Shown: positions 20,562-29,704 of the stretch, piece by piece
How positions within the stretch are numbered: position 1 is the stretch's first letter
Layout of the letters: the number at the start of each line of letters is the position of its first letter
Assembly (NCBI GenBank): GCA_047601445.1
Contig: JASGJH010000001.1
Coordinates: 8,448,001 to 8,512,000, forward strand
From: Myxococcales bacterium
GTDB taxonomy: Bacteria > Myxococcota_A > Polyangia > Polyangiales > DASUME01
Reading direction: 5' to 3'
Length of the DNA stretch: 64,000 nt
Notes under the pieces: model-generated
The model's input: the letters and a program-made list of their open reading frames with translations, nothing else
Database searches by the model: none
Told to the model about the DNA's origin: nothing
Position numbers and translations under genes: made by a program

Positions 20562-21886
20562 TGAATGGAGGGATCTACGTCTTTCTCGGGCCGACCCTGC
20601 CTGTGGCACAAGCGCGCTCCATCTTGTCTGCAGAGTACTTGCCCCCAGTCACGCTGGGGGACGTTACCCGCGTGACGGAGAAAAATCCGTCGGCCATTGC
20701 GATCATAGACGGCTTGTTCGATCAAACCCCGGCGGTCTGGCACAAGGAGATCATGTACGCCCTCCACAAGGGCATCCGTGTGCTCGGTGCGTCTAGCATG
20801 GGTGCACTGCGTGCGGCCGAGCTGCATGTCTTCGGTATGGAGGGCATCGGCAAGGTCTTCGAGGCCTACCGTGAGGGTGTTCTGGAAGATGACGACGAGG
20901 TCGCGGTCGCGCATCGGCTCGCGAGCGGCGAGTTCCGCGTAGAGTCCGAGGCCATGGTGAACGTGCGTGAGACGCTGCTGCGGGCGCAGGCGGCGGGCGT
21001 ACTCTCTCGCACGCTAGAGCAACGATTGTGCGCGATCGCCAAGGAGATGTTCTATCCCGACCGTACCTGGCGCAGCATCCTCGGATCGGCGCGCATGGCA
21101 GGTCTGCCCCAGGAGGAGCTCGCGCAACTCGAGAAGTACGTGGCCGCGTCACGCGCGGACCTCAAGCGCGAAGATGCCCTGGAGCTCTTGCACAAGTTGG
21201 CGCGGGAGCGCCACACGGCAAGACCGCGAGTCGTGCCGAGCTTCGACTTCGAGCCGACCGTCTACTGGCAAGACATGCGCTCCGAGGAGCTGCTCGAGAG
21301 CGAGCTCGAAGAGCTGGCCGGACAGCTTCCACCAGAGCTCGAGGCCGATCAGCTGCGTCGGCACGTCAGACTTTCCCAGGCGCTCCATACCGACATGGCT
21401 CGCGAGGCACTGCTGCTATTTCTGTCGCGACGCGAGGCCGAGCGCATCGGAGGTCCGCCTCCGGCCGAGGAGTGGGCGACTCGAGCCAGCGCGCTGCAGC
21501 AATCGGCGCCGTCGCTCCAGGTGGCCAACGCCCGCAGGCTCGCCGCAGCTCAGCTCGGGCTAGAAAAAGTCCTGGAAACACAGCGCGTCGATCTACTCAG
21601 CCACTTTGCCGTGCTGCTCGCCGAGCGCGGATTGTGGGAAAGCACGATCGCCGACGCTCGGCACAAGATGCGCACGCTCGCCGACCTGGGACTGACGGAG
21701 CCTTCGCTCGAGGACGCTGGGATCGATCTCCCCGGGCTCATGACGTGGTTCGCGGCGCGCTACCAGGTAGAGGTGGCAGAGCCGGAGGTCCACGCATGGA
21801 GTCTCGGCTTCACCACGGTCAACGAGTTCACCAGCGAACTCCTGCGCCAGTTCTTGGTGGAGCGGCAGGTACAGTTGGTTCCGTGA
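20561..21886 (+). CDS. tfuA: TfuA-like protein with long C-terminal extension
   Basis: VFLGPTL, IIDGLF..AVWHKEI, GASSMGALRAAEL, DDDEVAV, EAMVNVR, DLKREDA; overlaps the ycaO stop. Confidence 0.92.
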   Translation: MNGGIYVFLGPTLPVAQARSILSAEYLPPVTLGDVTRVTEKNPSAIAIIDGLFDQTPAVWHKEIMYALHKGIRVLGASSMGALRAAELHVFGMEGIGKVFEAYREGVLEDDDEVAVAHRLASGEFRVESEAMVNVRETLLRAQAAGVLSRTLEQRLCAIAKEMFYPDRTWRSILGSARMAGLPQEELAQLEKYVAASRADLKREDALELLHKLARERHTARPRVVPSFDFEPTVYWQDMRSEELLESELEELAGQLPPELEADQLRRHVRLSQALHTDMAREALLLFLSRREAERIGGPPPAEEWATRASALQQSAPSLQVANARRLAAAQLGLEKVLETQRVDLLSHFAVLLAERGLWESTIADARHKMRTLADLGLTEPSLEDAGIDLPGLMTWFAARYQVEVAEPEVHAWSLGFTTVNEFTSELLRQFLVERQVQLVP

Positions 21887-21910
21887 ATCAGCGAACCTCA
21901 GTATTCGGGC

Positions 21911-23713
21911 TCAGCGAAACAAGCCTGGCAAGTACGCGGTGTCCGCCGTGAAGCGGAGCTCGAGGTCGCGGGCGACGCAGCAGAGTGCGAGCAGGGGCCA
22001 CGCGATCAATCCATCGTCGTCCAGCCGCCTCGACGGCGGCGTGAAGTACTTCTTGTGGGCCGAGAGAGCCGAGACCAGCGCGCTCTGGAAGGCTGCGCTG
22101 TCGCGCCTGGCGAGGGCGTCCAGCAGCGGGGCCAACGGTTTGATCAGCCCGTCCATCTTCGCGCGCTCGATGAAGCGACGGTGCTGCGGTTGGGTGAACT
22201 CGCGGAACTGCGCGACGGCGCGCAGCGCCACGTCGGGCTTGCGGCGCAGGGTACTCAACGCAGCGCGCAGGGAGGCCTGGAACGGATCCACGTCCGTGCG
22301 CAGGCTCGCCTCCGGCATGCCCTCGATGCGCTCGAGGTTCGCACCGTCGCGGACGATCGAAGTTAGATACCAGGCCGCTGTCCATTGGAGTGGGTTGACG
22401 AGCTCGTTCTTCGCCGGCACGGTGACGGTGAAGCTGCCGAGCGGGAACGACACCTCCGGGCCACCGCCTGGCAGGTACGCGCAGAGCTGGCCGGCGGCGG
22501 CCTGGGCCGCGAGCCGCATGCTGTCCAGGATGATCGCGTGGTCCGGCTCGATGGCGGTCGCGCTGGCCGCCACCGTCTTCGCTCCGTAGTGCACGCGGTT
22601 CAGCGCCGCCGCCGGACCCAGCGCAAACGTGCCGTCGATGATCGCGACCATCTCCGCGCGTCGCTCGCGATAGGTCGCGTGGTCCAGCATTGCCACATCC
22701 AAGGCCGGACGCGCGATCGACGCATCCTTCGCGGGCGCCGCAGGAGACGCCTTCGCTCGCGCGCGCTTCGGGCGCTCATACTGGTCCGCCATACGCGAGA
22801 GCGAACCCTCGAGGTCCGCCGCCTCCATGTCTTCGGGAGCGGTGGTGGCGAGCCTGCCGGCACGCGCGTCGTGCCACAGCAGGGTGCCGCTACCATTCGT
22901 AGCGATCGGAACCAGCCAGCGCAACAGCGCGTGCTTGGTGGCGGGGCCCAGCCCCTGGAGTTGTGCGTCGAAGGCCTCGAGCATGCCGTTGCCGTAAAAC
23001 AACGCGACCTTGCGCCCGGCATCCGCGAGCCACCGTACATCGTTCGCGGCAAAGCGCTGACGGTCGACCTTGTTGTTCAGGTCGTGGTGGTGGTCGAGCC
23101 GTCCATCAGCGCTCACGGCCAGGAGGGCGTGCCCTCTTTGCATCATGCGCATGTAGTGGCGGTGCGTGAGCAAGAGGGTGTCGTCTAGCACTGCCATGCT
23201 CTCGAACGCGCTGTGCCCGGCGAACACCTTTCCGCGTGCGTATAGCTGGTCTTTCGAGTCGGCAAAGAACGGCACCGGCGGTTCGGCAGCGGTAGACGGC
23301 ATCACCATCAGCCGCGTCGCCCGCCCGGAGTCCGCGATGCTTAGAACGGTGCGGTCGCCGAGCACGGCGACCTGCATCACGCCGGCCTCCTCGCCGCCGC
23401 AGCCCGTCCACTCGGGCGGCGCGCTGGGCTCGAGCGCCTGCAGGTCGAGTTCGAGGTTGTGTGCGGTATCACCGACCACGCCGAGCAGACATCGCCCGTC
23501 GGGTAGGGCAAACGGTCGCGCCGAGTACCACCTGCACTCGGCACCACTCGCTACGACCCGCGTGCAAAGCACGCCTAGCTGAGCGTCGAACAGGGACAGC
23601 ACGGCCCGCACACCGTGCTGCGCGGCGGCCACAATCCAACCCGACGGCGTATGCGCGGCATGCACCGTGACTGGACTCGTCCAATCTGTCTCGAACTGAA
23701 ACTCCTTGGGCAT
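21911..23713 (-). CDS. Protein with C-terminal Immunity-49 (Imm49)-like domain and unknown N-terminal domain
   Basis: C-terminus WTAAWYLTSIVRD...FQSALVSALSAHKKYF...GLIAWPLLALCCVARD...TAYLP resembles Imm49. Confidence 0.7.
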   Translation of the reverse strand: MPKEFQFETDWTSPVTVHAAHTPSGWIVAAAQHGVRAVLSLFDAQLGVLCTRVVASGAECRWYSARPFALPDGRCLLGVVGDTAHNLELDLQALEPSAPPEWTGCGGEEAGVMQVAVLGDRTVLSIADSGRATRLMVMPSTAAEPPVPFFADSKDQLYARGKVFAGHSAFESMAVLDDTLLLTHRHYMRMMQRGHALLAVSADGRLDHHHDLNNKVDRQRFAANDVRWLADAGRKVALFYGNGMLEAFDAQLQGLGPATKHALLRWLVPIATNGSGTLLWHDARAGRLATTAPEDMEAADLEGSLSRMADQYERPKRARAKASPAAPAKDASIARPALDVAMLDHATYRERRAEMVAIIDGTFALGPAAALNRVHYGAKTVAASATAIEPDHAIILDSMRLAAQAAAGQLCAYLPGGGPEVSFPLGSFTVTVPAKNELVNPLQWTAAWYLTSIVRDGANLERIEGMPEASLRTDVDPFQASLRAALSTLRRKPDVALRAVAQFREFTQPQHRRFIERAKMDGLIKPLAPLLDALARRDSAAFQSALVSALSAHKKYFTPPSRRLDDDGLIAWPLLALCCVARDLELRFTADTAYLPGLFR

Positions 23714-23839
23714 GGGCACCGAACTCAGCACGCGACGGCCCTTGTAGAACTGTGTTGCTGCATGCGCCTGGACTCTACTCGTGAGCCGTGGCCAGGTCGC
23801 GACTTTTCGCCAGTCGTGCTCGGCCGCTGGCAGCTGGCT

Positions 23840-24682
23840 TCAGTTCGAGAAGATGCGCAAATTGGCGCCTGGCTCCAGCATCGGACGAATGCGAGCCGCG
23901 ATGTCCTCGGGCGACTTGGGCGCAGGCTGCGCGTGATAGAGGTCCAGGGAGCGTCGCACGCGCTTGACCTCGCCCATGGCGCGTAGCGCTTCGAGGGAGG
24001 TCCGGTCCGTTCGGTCCAGGGCCGCAAAGCGCAAGCAGGCCGGGTCGAGCAGTCGCCGCTGTACCCGGAAGTTCACTTGATGCGCGCATCGGCACGGATT
24101 CTCGGGGTTGGCCACGCCGCATTGCTTGGACATGAATGCATCGAGGGTCGCGCGGGCCCGTGACAGCCGCTTGCGAAACGCGACCTCGCTGATTCCGAGC
24201 GCCGCAGCGGCCTCGGGCGACTCCAGCTCACAGATGGCCCCGAGCACGAACGCGATACGCTGATCGCGATCGAGCGCCCGCAACATCGCCTGCGTGCAGC
24301 CGAGGAAGACTTCCTCCTCCAGCAGCCTTGCGTCGGCGGCCCCCAACGTCTCCGGCGCGATCTCGTTCGGTGGTTGCCCGAGGTTCTCCGCGAGCTCCTC
24401 GAACGTCGCCCGTCGGGCCTCGGCCTTCTCGCGCAGCAAATGGCGGCAGGCGATGCGATAGGCCCAGGTGGAGACCGCGCTCTCACCGCGGAAGGTGGAG
24501 AGCTTGGTGATCACCAGGATCAAGATCTCTTGCGTTGCGTCACGGGCGTCGTCGCGGTGACTCAGGAACCTCAGGGCGAGCGCGTAGATGGGATCTTGCA
24601 GGCCCCGAACCAGGCCTTCGAGCGCGTCTCGATCGCCTTCTTTGGCGCGCGCTGCCAGGGCGTCGAGGCCAGGGGCAATCAC
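23840..24682 (-). CDS. ECF RNA polymerase sigma factor with Cys-containing C-terminal extension
   Basis: DARDATQEIL, FRGESAVSTWAYRIA, region-4 HTH, then CGVANPENPCRC. Confidence 0.88.
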   Translation of the reverse strand: MIAPGLDALAARAKEGDRDALEGLVRGLQDPIYALALRFLSHRDDARDATQEILILVITKLSTFRGESAVSTWAYRIACRHLLREKAEARRATFEELAENLGQPPNEIAPETLGAADARLLEEEVFLGCTQAMLRALDRDQRIAFVLGAICELESPEAAAALGISEVAFRKRLSRARATLDAFMSKQCGVANPENPCRCAHQVNFRVQRRLLDPACLRFAALDRTDRTSLEALRAMGEVKRVRRSLDLYHAQPAPKSPEDIAARIRPMLEPGANLRIFSN

Positions 24683-25572
24683 TGCGCGGCCTCACTCGCG
24701 GCGCCGACTACCTTGGGCAACCACGCCTCGAGTGCAGCGACGATCTCCATGGGCGAATCCTCCTGCGGGTAGTGTAACCCGGGGACCGTGACCTCATCTT
24801 GGTTGGGCAGTGTGCGGCAAAGCTCGCGCAGGGTGCCCACCAGCAAGCGTCCAGGCTCGGCATTGATGAACAGCTTGGGAACGCTGCTCTCGGTGAGCCA
24901 TGCGCGATAGCGATCGATCCGCGCGACGATCTCGGGCGGCTGGTCGTCGAAGGGCAGCATGCGTGGCCAGGACAGGGTGGGGCGGCGGGCTTCACCGGAG
25001 TCACGAAACGGGCGCCTGTACTCGTCCGCGTCGACCTGGCTCAGGGGGCGCAGGGTGCTCTCCGCGGAGACCATGCGTTCCACGAAAAGGTTCTCATCCA
25101 GCACCATGCGCTCGCCTTCGGATGAGCGAATCTTGTCGAAGAACGCTTGCGCCGGAGGGGGCAGCAGCGACAGCGGCGTCGAGCCGATCAAGCCCTCCAT
25201 GTAGGCCATGCCACGAACGCGCTCGGGGTGTCGGCGCGCCCAGTCGAAGCCCAACGCCGATCCCCAGTCGTGAACCACCAGGACCACTGGCTCGTCAGGC
25301 AGCACGGCGTCGAACCAGCCATCGATGAAGGCCTGCTGCGTCGCATAGGCGTAAGCGTCCGGTCCGGTCTCCGGCAGCTTGGCGGAGTCGCCCATCCCGA
25401 TGAGGTCCGGGGCAAGGCACCGATATCGGCCTTCCAACGGGGCAACGATGTTCCGCCAGAGATACGACGACGTGGGATTGCCATGGAGGAACACCAAGGG
25501 GACACCCTCACCCCGGTCCACGTAGGCCATCGAGAAACCCTTGATCTGAACGAACTTTTTGGCCGCTTTCAT
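24679..25572 (-). CDS. Haloalkane dehalogenase (DhaA/LinB family)
   Basis: FLHGNPTSSYLWRNI, PDLIGMGDS, VHDWGSALGF, RRPTLSWPR, LHYPQEDSP. Confidence 0.9.
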   Translation of the reverse strand: MKAAKKFVQIKGFSMAYVDRGEGVPLVFLHGNPTSSYLWRNIVAPLEGRYRCLAPDLIGMGDSAKLPETGPDAYAYATQQAFIDGWFDAVLPDEPVVLVVHDWGSALGFDWARRHPERVRGMAYMEGLIGSTPLSLLPPPAQAFFDKIRSSEGERMVLDENLFVERMVSAESTLRPLSQVDADEYRRPFRDSGEARRPTLSWPRMLPFDDQPPEIVARIDRYRAWLTESSVPKLFINAEPGRLLVGTLRELCRTLPNQDEVTVPGLHYPQEDSPMEIVAALEAWLPKVVGAASEAAQ

Positions 25573-25728
25573 GACTTGCTCCCGCAGCCCTTGGTTGGGC
25601 TTCTGGTTTTTGGAGCACTGGCGCGAGCCAAGTGTGACCGAGAAAAGAGCCCGGCAGCAGGGCGGCTCGATCACCCTCGCAGGTCGTCTGCCGGCAAGCT
25701 TGCTCACAGGGCGCATGATCTCGTATGG

Positions 25729-26742
25729 GTGGGCAAGCATCAGGAGCTCACGCTGACCCGGACCGTACGCCAAACCATCGCCCTGTTCATGGTCTGTCCG
25801 CTCTGGGCCTGCGCTGGGGACCGTCACGCGGACCGCGACGCGAGTACCTGGTCCGTCGACGGCGGTGCGGACGCTTCGCCCGCCGCGGACGGGGAGTGTG
25901 GCAGCCTGCACGACCTCGACGATTGGGTCGGAATCTCCACCACCGAAGAGCTGGCGGCGATGAAGTGCGTGCGCAGCGTGAGCGGGACCATCACGATCTC
26001 GGGCGACGAGATCATGGATCTGAGCCCGTTGGGACACCTCGAGCGTGCCCATGGCTTGAGGCTCACGGGGCTGACTCGGATCACCAGCCTGCACGGGCTG
26101 GAGAACCTGCGAGAGCTGAGGGTGGATGGCCTGCTCATCGAGTCGAATCCGGCGCTCAAGGATCTGCGTGGCCTCGACTCGCTCGAGCGCGTGGTAGGCC
26201 GACTCGAGGTGGCGGACAACGCTGAGTTGGTCACACTCGATGGCCTAGGGGCCGTTCGTAGCGTGGAGAACCCCTATCCGTCCCAGCCCTTGTTCTGGGG
26301 GCAGATCGTGATTCGCGAGAACCCACGGCTCGGCTCACTCGCGGCACTGGTTGCGCTCGTGAACGTGGACTCTGGCTTCCACGTCTGCGGGAACCAGGAG
26401 CTGACCACGTTGTTGCCCAACCCAGGCGCGATCCAGAACGTCGGCTTGCGTCTGAACGTGTTCTACAACCCAGCCCTGAGCTCCGAGACCGTGCAGGCTC
26501 TGCACGACGCGCTCCGGGTGGACCGGGTCAAGATCGCCGCCAACGGCCCGGCTCCATACGAGCCACGCATCCCTTGCGACTACGTGGGTGACGGCATCTG
26601 CGATGAAGCCATGTACGTCAGCGGCGACGTGATCGAGCACTGCGATCAGCTCCCGTGCTGTGCGCTCGAAGGGCCGACCGGGCTGTGCACCACTGGCAGC
26701 GATGCACTCGATTGCCCCCAAACGGGCGGCCTTCCCTTCTAG
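25729..26742 (+). CDS. Receptor-L-domain/leucine-rich putative lipoprotein (start uncertain)
   Basis: Possible lipobox LWAC; repeats LTSLHGLENL, NPALKDLRGLDSL, NAELVTLDGL; C-terminal Cys cluster GDGICDE. Confidence 0.7.
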   Translation: MGKHQELTLTRTVRQTIALFMVCPLWACAGDRHADRDASTWSVDGGADASPAADGECGSLHDLDDWVGISTTEELAAMKCVRSVSGTITISGDEIMDLSPLGHLERAHGLRLTGLTRITSLHGLENLRELRVDGLLIESNPALKDLRGLDSLERVVGRLEVADNAELVTLDGLGAVRSVENPYPSQPLFWGQIVIRENPRLGSLAALVALVNVDSGFHVCGNQELTTLLPNPGAIQNVGLRLNVFYNPALSSETVQALHDALRVDRVKIAANGPAPYEPRIPCDYVGDGICDEAMYVSGDVIEHCDQLPCCALEGPTGLCTTGSDALDCPQTGGLPF

Positions 26743-26824
26743 CGCCGACGCGCTCCGATTCCCATCAATGACCGAGCACTCGCGGGGCATGGACCGTCGA
26801 GACCACGCTCCGTTCGTCTGCGAT

Positions 26825-26853
26825 GTGAGCCGTCTCGGCCGGCAGCGAACACT
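26825..26853 (+). promoter_or_regulatory. Putative ECF promoter, copy 1
   Basis: GTGAGCCG-N13-CGAACACT, 8 bp before the lipoprotein ATG; same motif precedes the sigma gene. Confidence 0.6.
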
Positions 26854-26861
26854 GCCTCACC

Positions 26862-27695
26862 ATGTTCTCATTCTTCTCATTCCACTCTCACCTCAAGCCG
26901 ACCTCGACAGCCTGGGGCCTGCTCTTCTTCGCATTGGGCGTTCTCGCCGGATGCGGCGACTCACCCATCCAGCCGGGCGCCGTTCCACTTCCCCAAGACG
27001 CCGGACCAGACCGCGAAGCCGAAGCGGATGTAGACGCCGCCACTGGGGTTTCGGAATGCGATGCCGACGACACCAAGAGCTGCACATGTGATGACGGCTC
27101 CGAAGGGGAGCGTACCTGCACGGACGGATTCTATGGCTTGTGCAAGGGATGCCCGACCGTCAACCGCATCGTCACCAAGTGCGTGGGAGGTGTCTACGAG
27201 GGGAGAATGGATGGCACCTATACGGGCGGTTTCCCTGGGGTGATCGCGTTCTATCCCTATATGTTGTCGGCCCAGAGTGAGCTGACCCTGCTGAACACCA
27301 CGCAAGGTGAGTTCGCGACCATCGGCGACGGCTGTCTGCGCTTCGTCTCGGGCGATGGTGGGGTGATCGACACGGGAGCCGGCTGGGTAACGGGCGAGGT
27401 CGACTGTAGAACAGGCGAGCTAGCGGGGATTTTGCGCGCCTACTACACGATGACGGACTTCTTCAGCGGCCAGACATACAAGGTGTTTTTCAAGGGCAAG
27501 TACACAGGCGTCTTCAACCCCACGACCAAGTCGTTCGACAACGGTAGGTGGACTGGTCAGGAGCCGATGGGCGCGATCAACAACGCCGGCGGCGGCGGGA
27601 CCTGGACCGGGGTGCTGAACGAAAGTCGCGCGCCGGGTTCGGGCACCTTGGAAGGCTGCTTGGGTGAAGGATTTCCCGAGAACACGTTCAAGTGA
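26862..27695 (+). CDS. Lipoprotein of unknown function, paralog A
   Basis: Lipobox LAGC; Cys motif C..SCTC.DG..G.RTC.DG.YGLCKGC; highly similar to 30823..31599. Confidence 0.85.
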   Translation: MFSFFSFHSHLKPTSTAWGLLFFALGVLAGCGDSPIQPGAVPLPQDAGPDREAEADVDAATGVSECDADDTKSCTCDDGSEGERTCTDGFYGLCKGCPTVNRIVTKCVGGVYEGRMDGTYTGGFPGVIAFYPYMLSAQSELTLLNTTQGEFATIGDGCLRFVSGDGGVIDTGAGWVTGEVDCRTGELAGILRAYYTMTDFFSGQTYKVFFKGKYTGVFNPTTKSFDNGRWTGQEPMGAINNAGGGGTWTGVLNESRAPGSGTLEGCLGEGFPENTFK

Positions 27696-27711
27696 AGGTC
27701 CGCCAGGTCCC

Positions 27712-27740
27712 GTGAGCCGCGTGGAGGGGGTTCGGACACT
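27712..27740 (+). promoter_or_regulatory. Putative ECF promoter, copy 2 (autoregulatory)
   Basis: GTGAGCCG-N13-CGGACACT immediately upstream of the sigma ORF. Confidence 0.6.
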
Positions 27741-28376
27741 ATGGCTACAGGCAACGTGCTAGTCCGAAAGCTTTCCATGCCACAGTCGCCTCCGCCTGCG
27801 CCCGCCCGAGACGGGGAAGACGCTCTCGTGCGGGCGCTCAAGGCGCGGCAACCCATGGCTGCGGCTCAGTTTTATGACCGCTACGCCGTACAGGTCCAAC
27901 GTGTTCTGGCGCGCGTCATGGGCGCAGATCAGGATCTGGCCGACCTGCTGCAGGAGGTTTTCGCACGCGCTCTGGCCGAGATCGACAAGCTGGAGCGCGG
28001 CGATCGGCTTGGCGCGTGGCTCAACAGCGTGGCGGTGTTCACGGCACGCGGGCACATTCGGCGCCGCAAGCGGCAGCGCTGGCTCCGTTTCTTCGCGCCC
28101 GAGGAGCTGCCCGAACGTGTTGTGCCCGAACCGGAGCACGATGTGCAGCGTGCGGTACGCGCCATGTACTCGGTCATGGACCAACTTCCGACCGACGAAC
28201 GAATCGTTTTCGCGCTGCGTTTCATGGAAGAGATGGAGTTGCTCGAAGTGGCCGAAGCCTGTGGAGTCTCCCTTGCGACGGTCAAGCGCCGCCTGGCCCG
28301 TGCCGAGCGGCGTTTCATCGAGCTGGCTCAGGATTCACCCGCGCTTCGTGCGCGGCTCCAGGGGGACATCCTGTGA
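27741..28376 (+). CDS. ECF RNA polymerase sigma factor (true start may be 27756 or 27777)
   Basis: DLLQEVF, AWLNSVAV, EVAEACGVSLATVKRRL. Confidence 0.9.
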   Translation: MATGNVLVRKLSMPQSPPPAPARDGEDALVRALKARQPMAAAQFYDRYAVQVQRVLARVMGADQDLADLLQEVFARALAEIDKLERGDRLGAWLNSVAVFTARGHIRRRKRQRWLRFFAPEELPERVVPEPEHDVQRAVRAMYSVMDQLPTDERIVFALRFMEEMELLEVAEACGVSLATVKRRLARAERRFIELAQDSPALRARLQGDIL

Positions 28377-29704
28377 ACCAGCCCCTACAAAAACTGGCGC
28401 GTGAGGTGGCCGCGGCTCAGGAGGAGGCGCTCGAGAAGCGCTCCGAGCTGGGCCGCGCTCGGGTGGCTTTTCTACGGTCGCTCGCGGAACAGCAGGGAGC
28501 GGGACGCCGGCCTATCTCTTTCTTCTTCACTCAGAGGTTCGCGCGGTTCGCTTTCGGCATGCCGGCGGTATTTCTGCTTGGGCTCTGCCTTGGGTGGCTG
28601 ACCTGGTGGACGCGTCAGTCTCCTGAGCTGCCTGCGCTGAGTTTTCGCGTGGGTGGTGAGCAGGTCCAGGAGTCTGGGCGGCGGCTCGTGGCACCCGCGG
28701 ATCGCCCGCTCACCCTGGATTTCTCCGATGGCTCGCGGGTCGAGCTGGGCGCCCGGAGCGAACTGCGCGTGATCCAACTCGACAAGCGAGGAGCTCGCCT
28801 GCAGCTCGCCCATGGGAGCGTGCGCTTTGCGGTCGTCCATCGTCACGACACCTTCTGGATTCTCGAGTCCGGGCCGTTTACCACCCATGTCGTGGGAACG
28901 ACGTTCGAGGTGAATTGGAAGCCGGTCGCGGGCAATTTCGAACTGACGATGTTCGACGGTGCAGTCGAGCTCACGGGACCCGTCATCGGAAAGCAAACGG
29001 TCTCGCGATCCGAGCGGGTCAAGGTCTCCGTCAACGAAGGGCGAGCCCAGCTCGAGGCGAGCCACTCCATGGTGCCCACCGTGACGCCTCTTAGCGTGCC
29101 TGATGGTCAGCCGGATGTCGGCACCGTGGCCACCTCCATCGAGGAGGAAGCCAGTCGCCTGCCATCGCGACGACGGGCGGCCAAGGTTGCCACCGGCGTC
29201 GGCAGCATCCCATCCGAGCGCTGGCGAGAAGCGCTCGATGAGAGCCTTGCGAGGCTGTCACGCGAAGGTCGCTACGCGGAGGTCGTCGCGACAGCCGTCA
29301 GCGCGAACTGGGAACAGACGCTCTCGGCTGCGTCTCCTGACGTGCTGGTGCTACTGGGGGATGCAGCTCGTCTGTCCGGGGACGCGGAGCGGGCTCGAGA
29401 CGCATATGAACGCGTGCGTACTCGCTTCCCGGGCTCTGACGACGCAGCGAAGGCCGCCTTTGCATTGGGCAGGCTCGAGCACGACCGGCACGCACAGCCC
29501 GCGCAGGCGGCTCGCTGGTTCTCCCTGTACTTGAAAGAGGCTCGTCATGGCCCGATGGCCCGTGAGGCGATGGGGCGTCTGATGGAAGCCCAGCTCCAGA
29601 GCGGTGCCCACGCTGTCGCTCGTGAGACCGCGAAGGAATACCTCGAAGTTTACGCTGATGGTCCCCACGCCCGCCTGGCGCACCGGTTGTTGGAGGAACG
29701 TTGA
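28373..29704 (+). CDS. FecR-domain anti-sigma factor with C-terminal TPR
   Basis: One TM helix; FSDGSRVEL, VVGTTFEV FecR motifs; C-terminal TPR-like helices; GTGA overlap with the sigma gene. Confidence 0.85.
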   Translation: MNQPLQKLAREVAAAQEEALEKRSELGRARVAFLRSLAEQQGAGRRPISFFFTQRFARFAFGMPAVFLLGLCLGWLTWWTRQSPELPALSFRVGGEQVQESGRRLVAPADRPLTLDFSDGSRVELGARSELRVIQLDKRGARLQLAHGSVRFAVVHRHDTFWILESGPFTTHVVGTTFEVNWKPVAGNFELTMFDGAVELTGPVIGKQTVSRSERVKVSVNEGRAQLEASHSMVPTVTPLSVPDGQPDVGTVATSIEEEASRLPSRRRAAKVATGVGSIPSERWREALDESLARLSREGRYAEVVATAVSANWEQTLSAASPDVLVLLGDAARLSGDAERARDAYERVRTRFPGSDDAAKAAFALGRLEHDRHAQPAQAARWFSLYLKEARHGPMAREAMGRLMEAQLQSGAHAVARETAKEYLEVYADGPHARLAHRLLEER

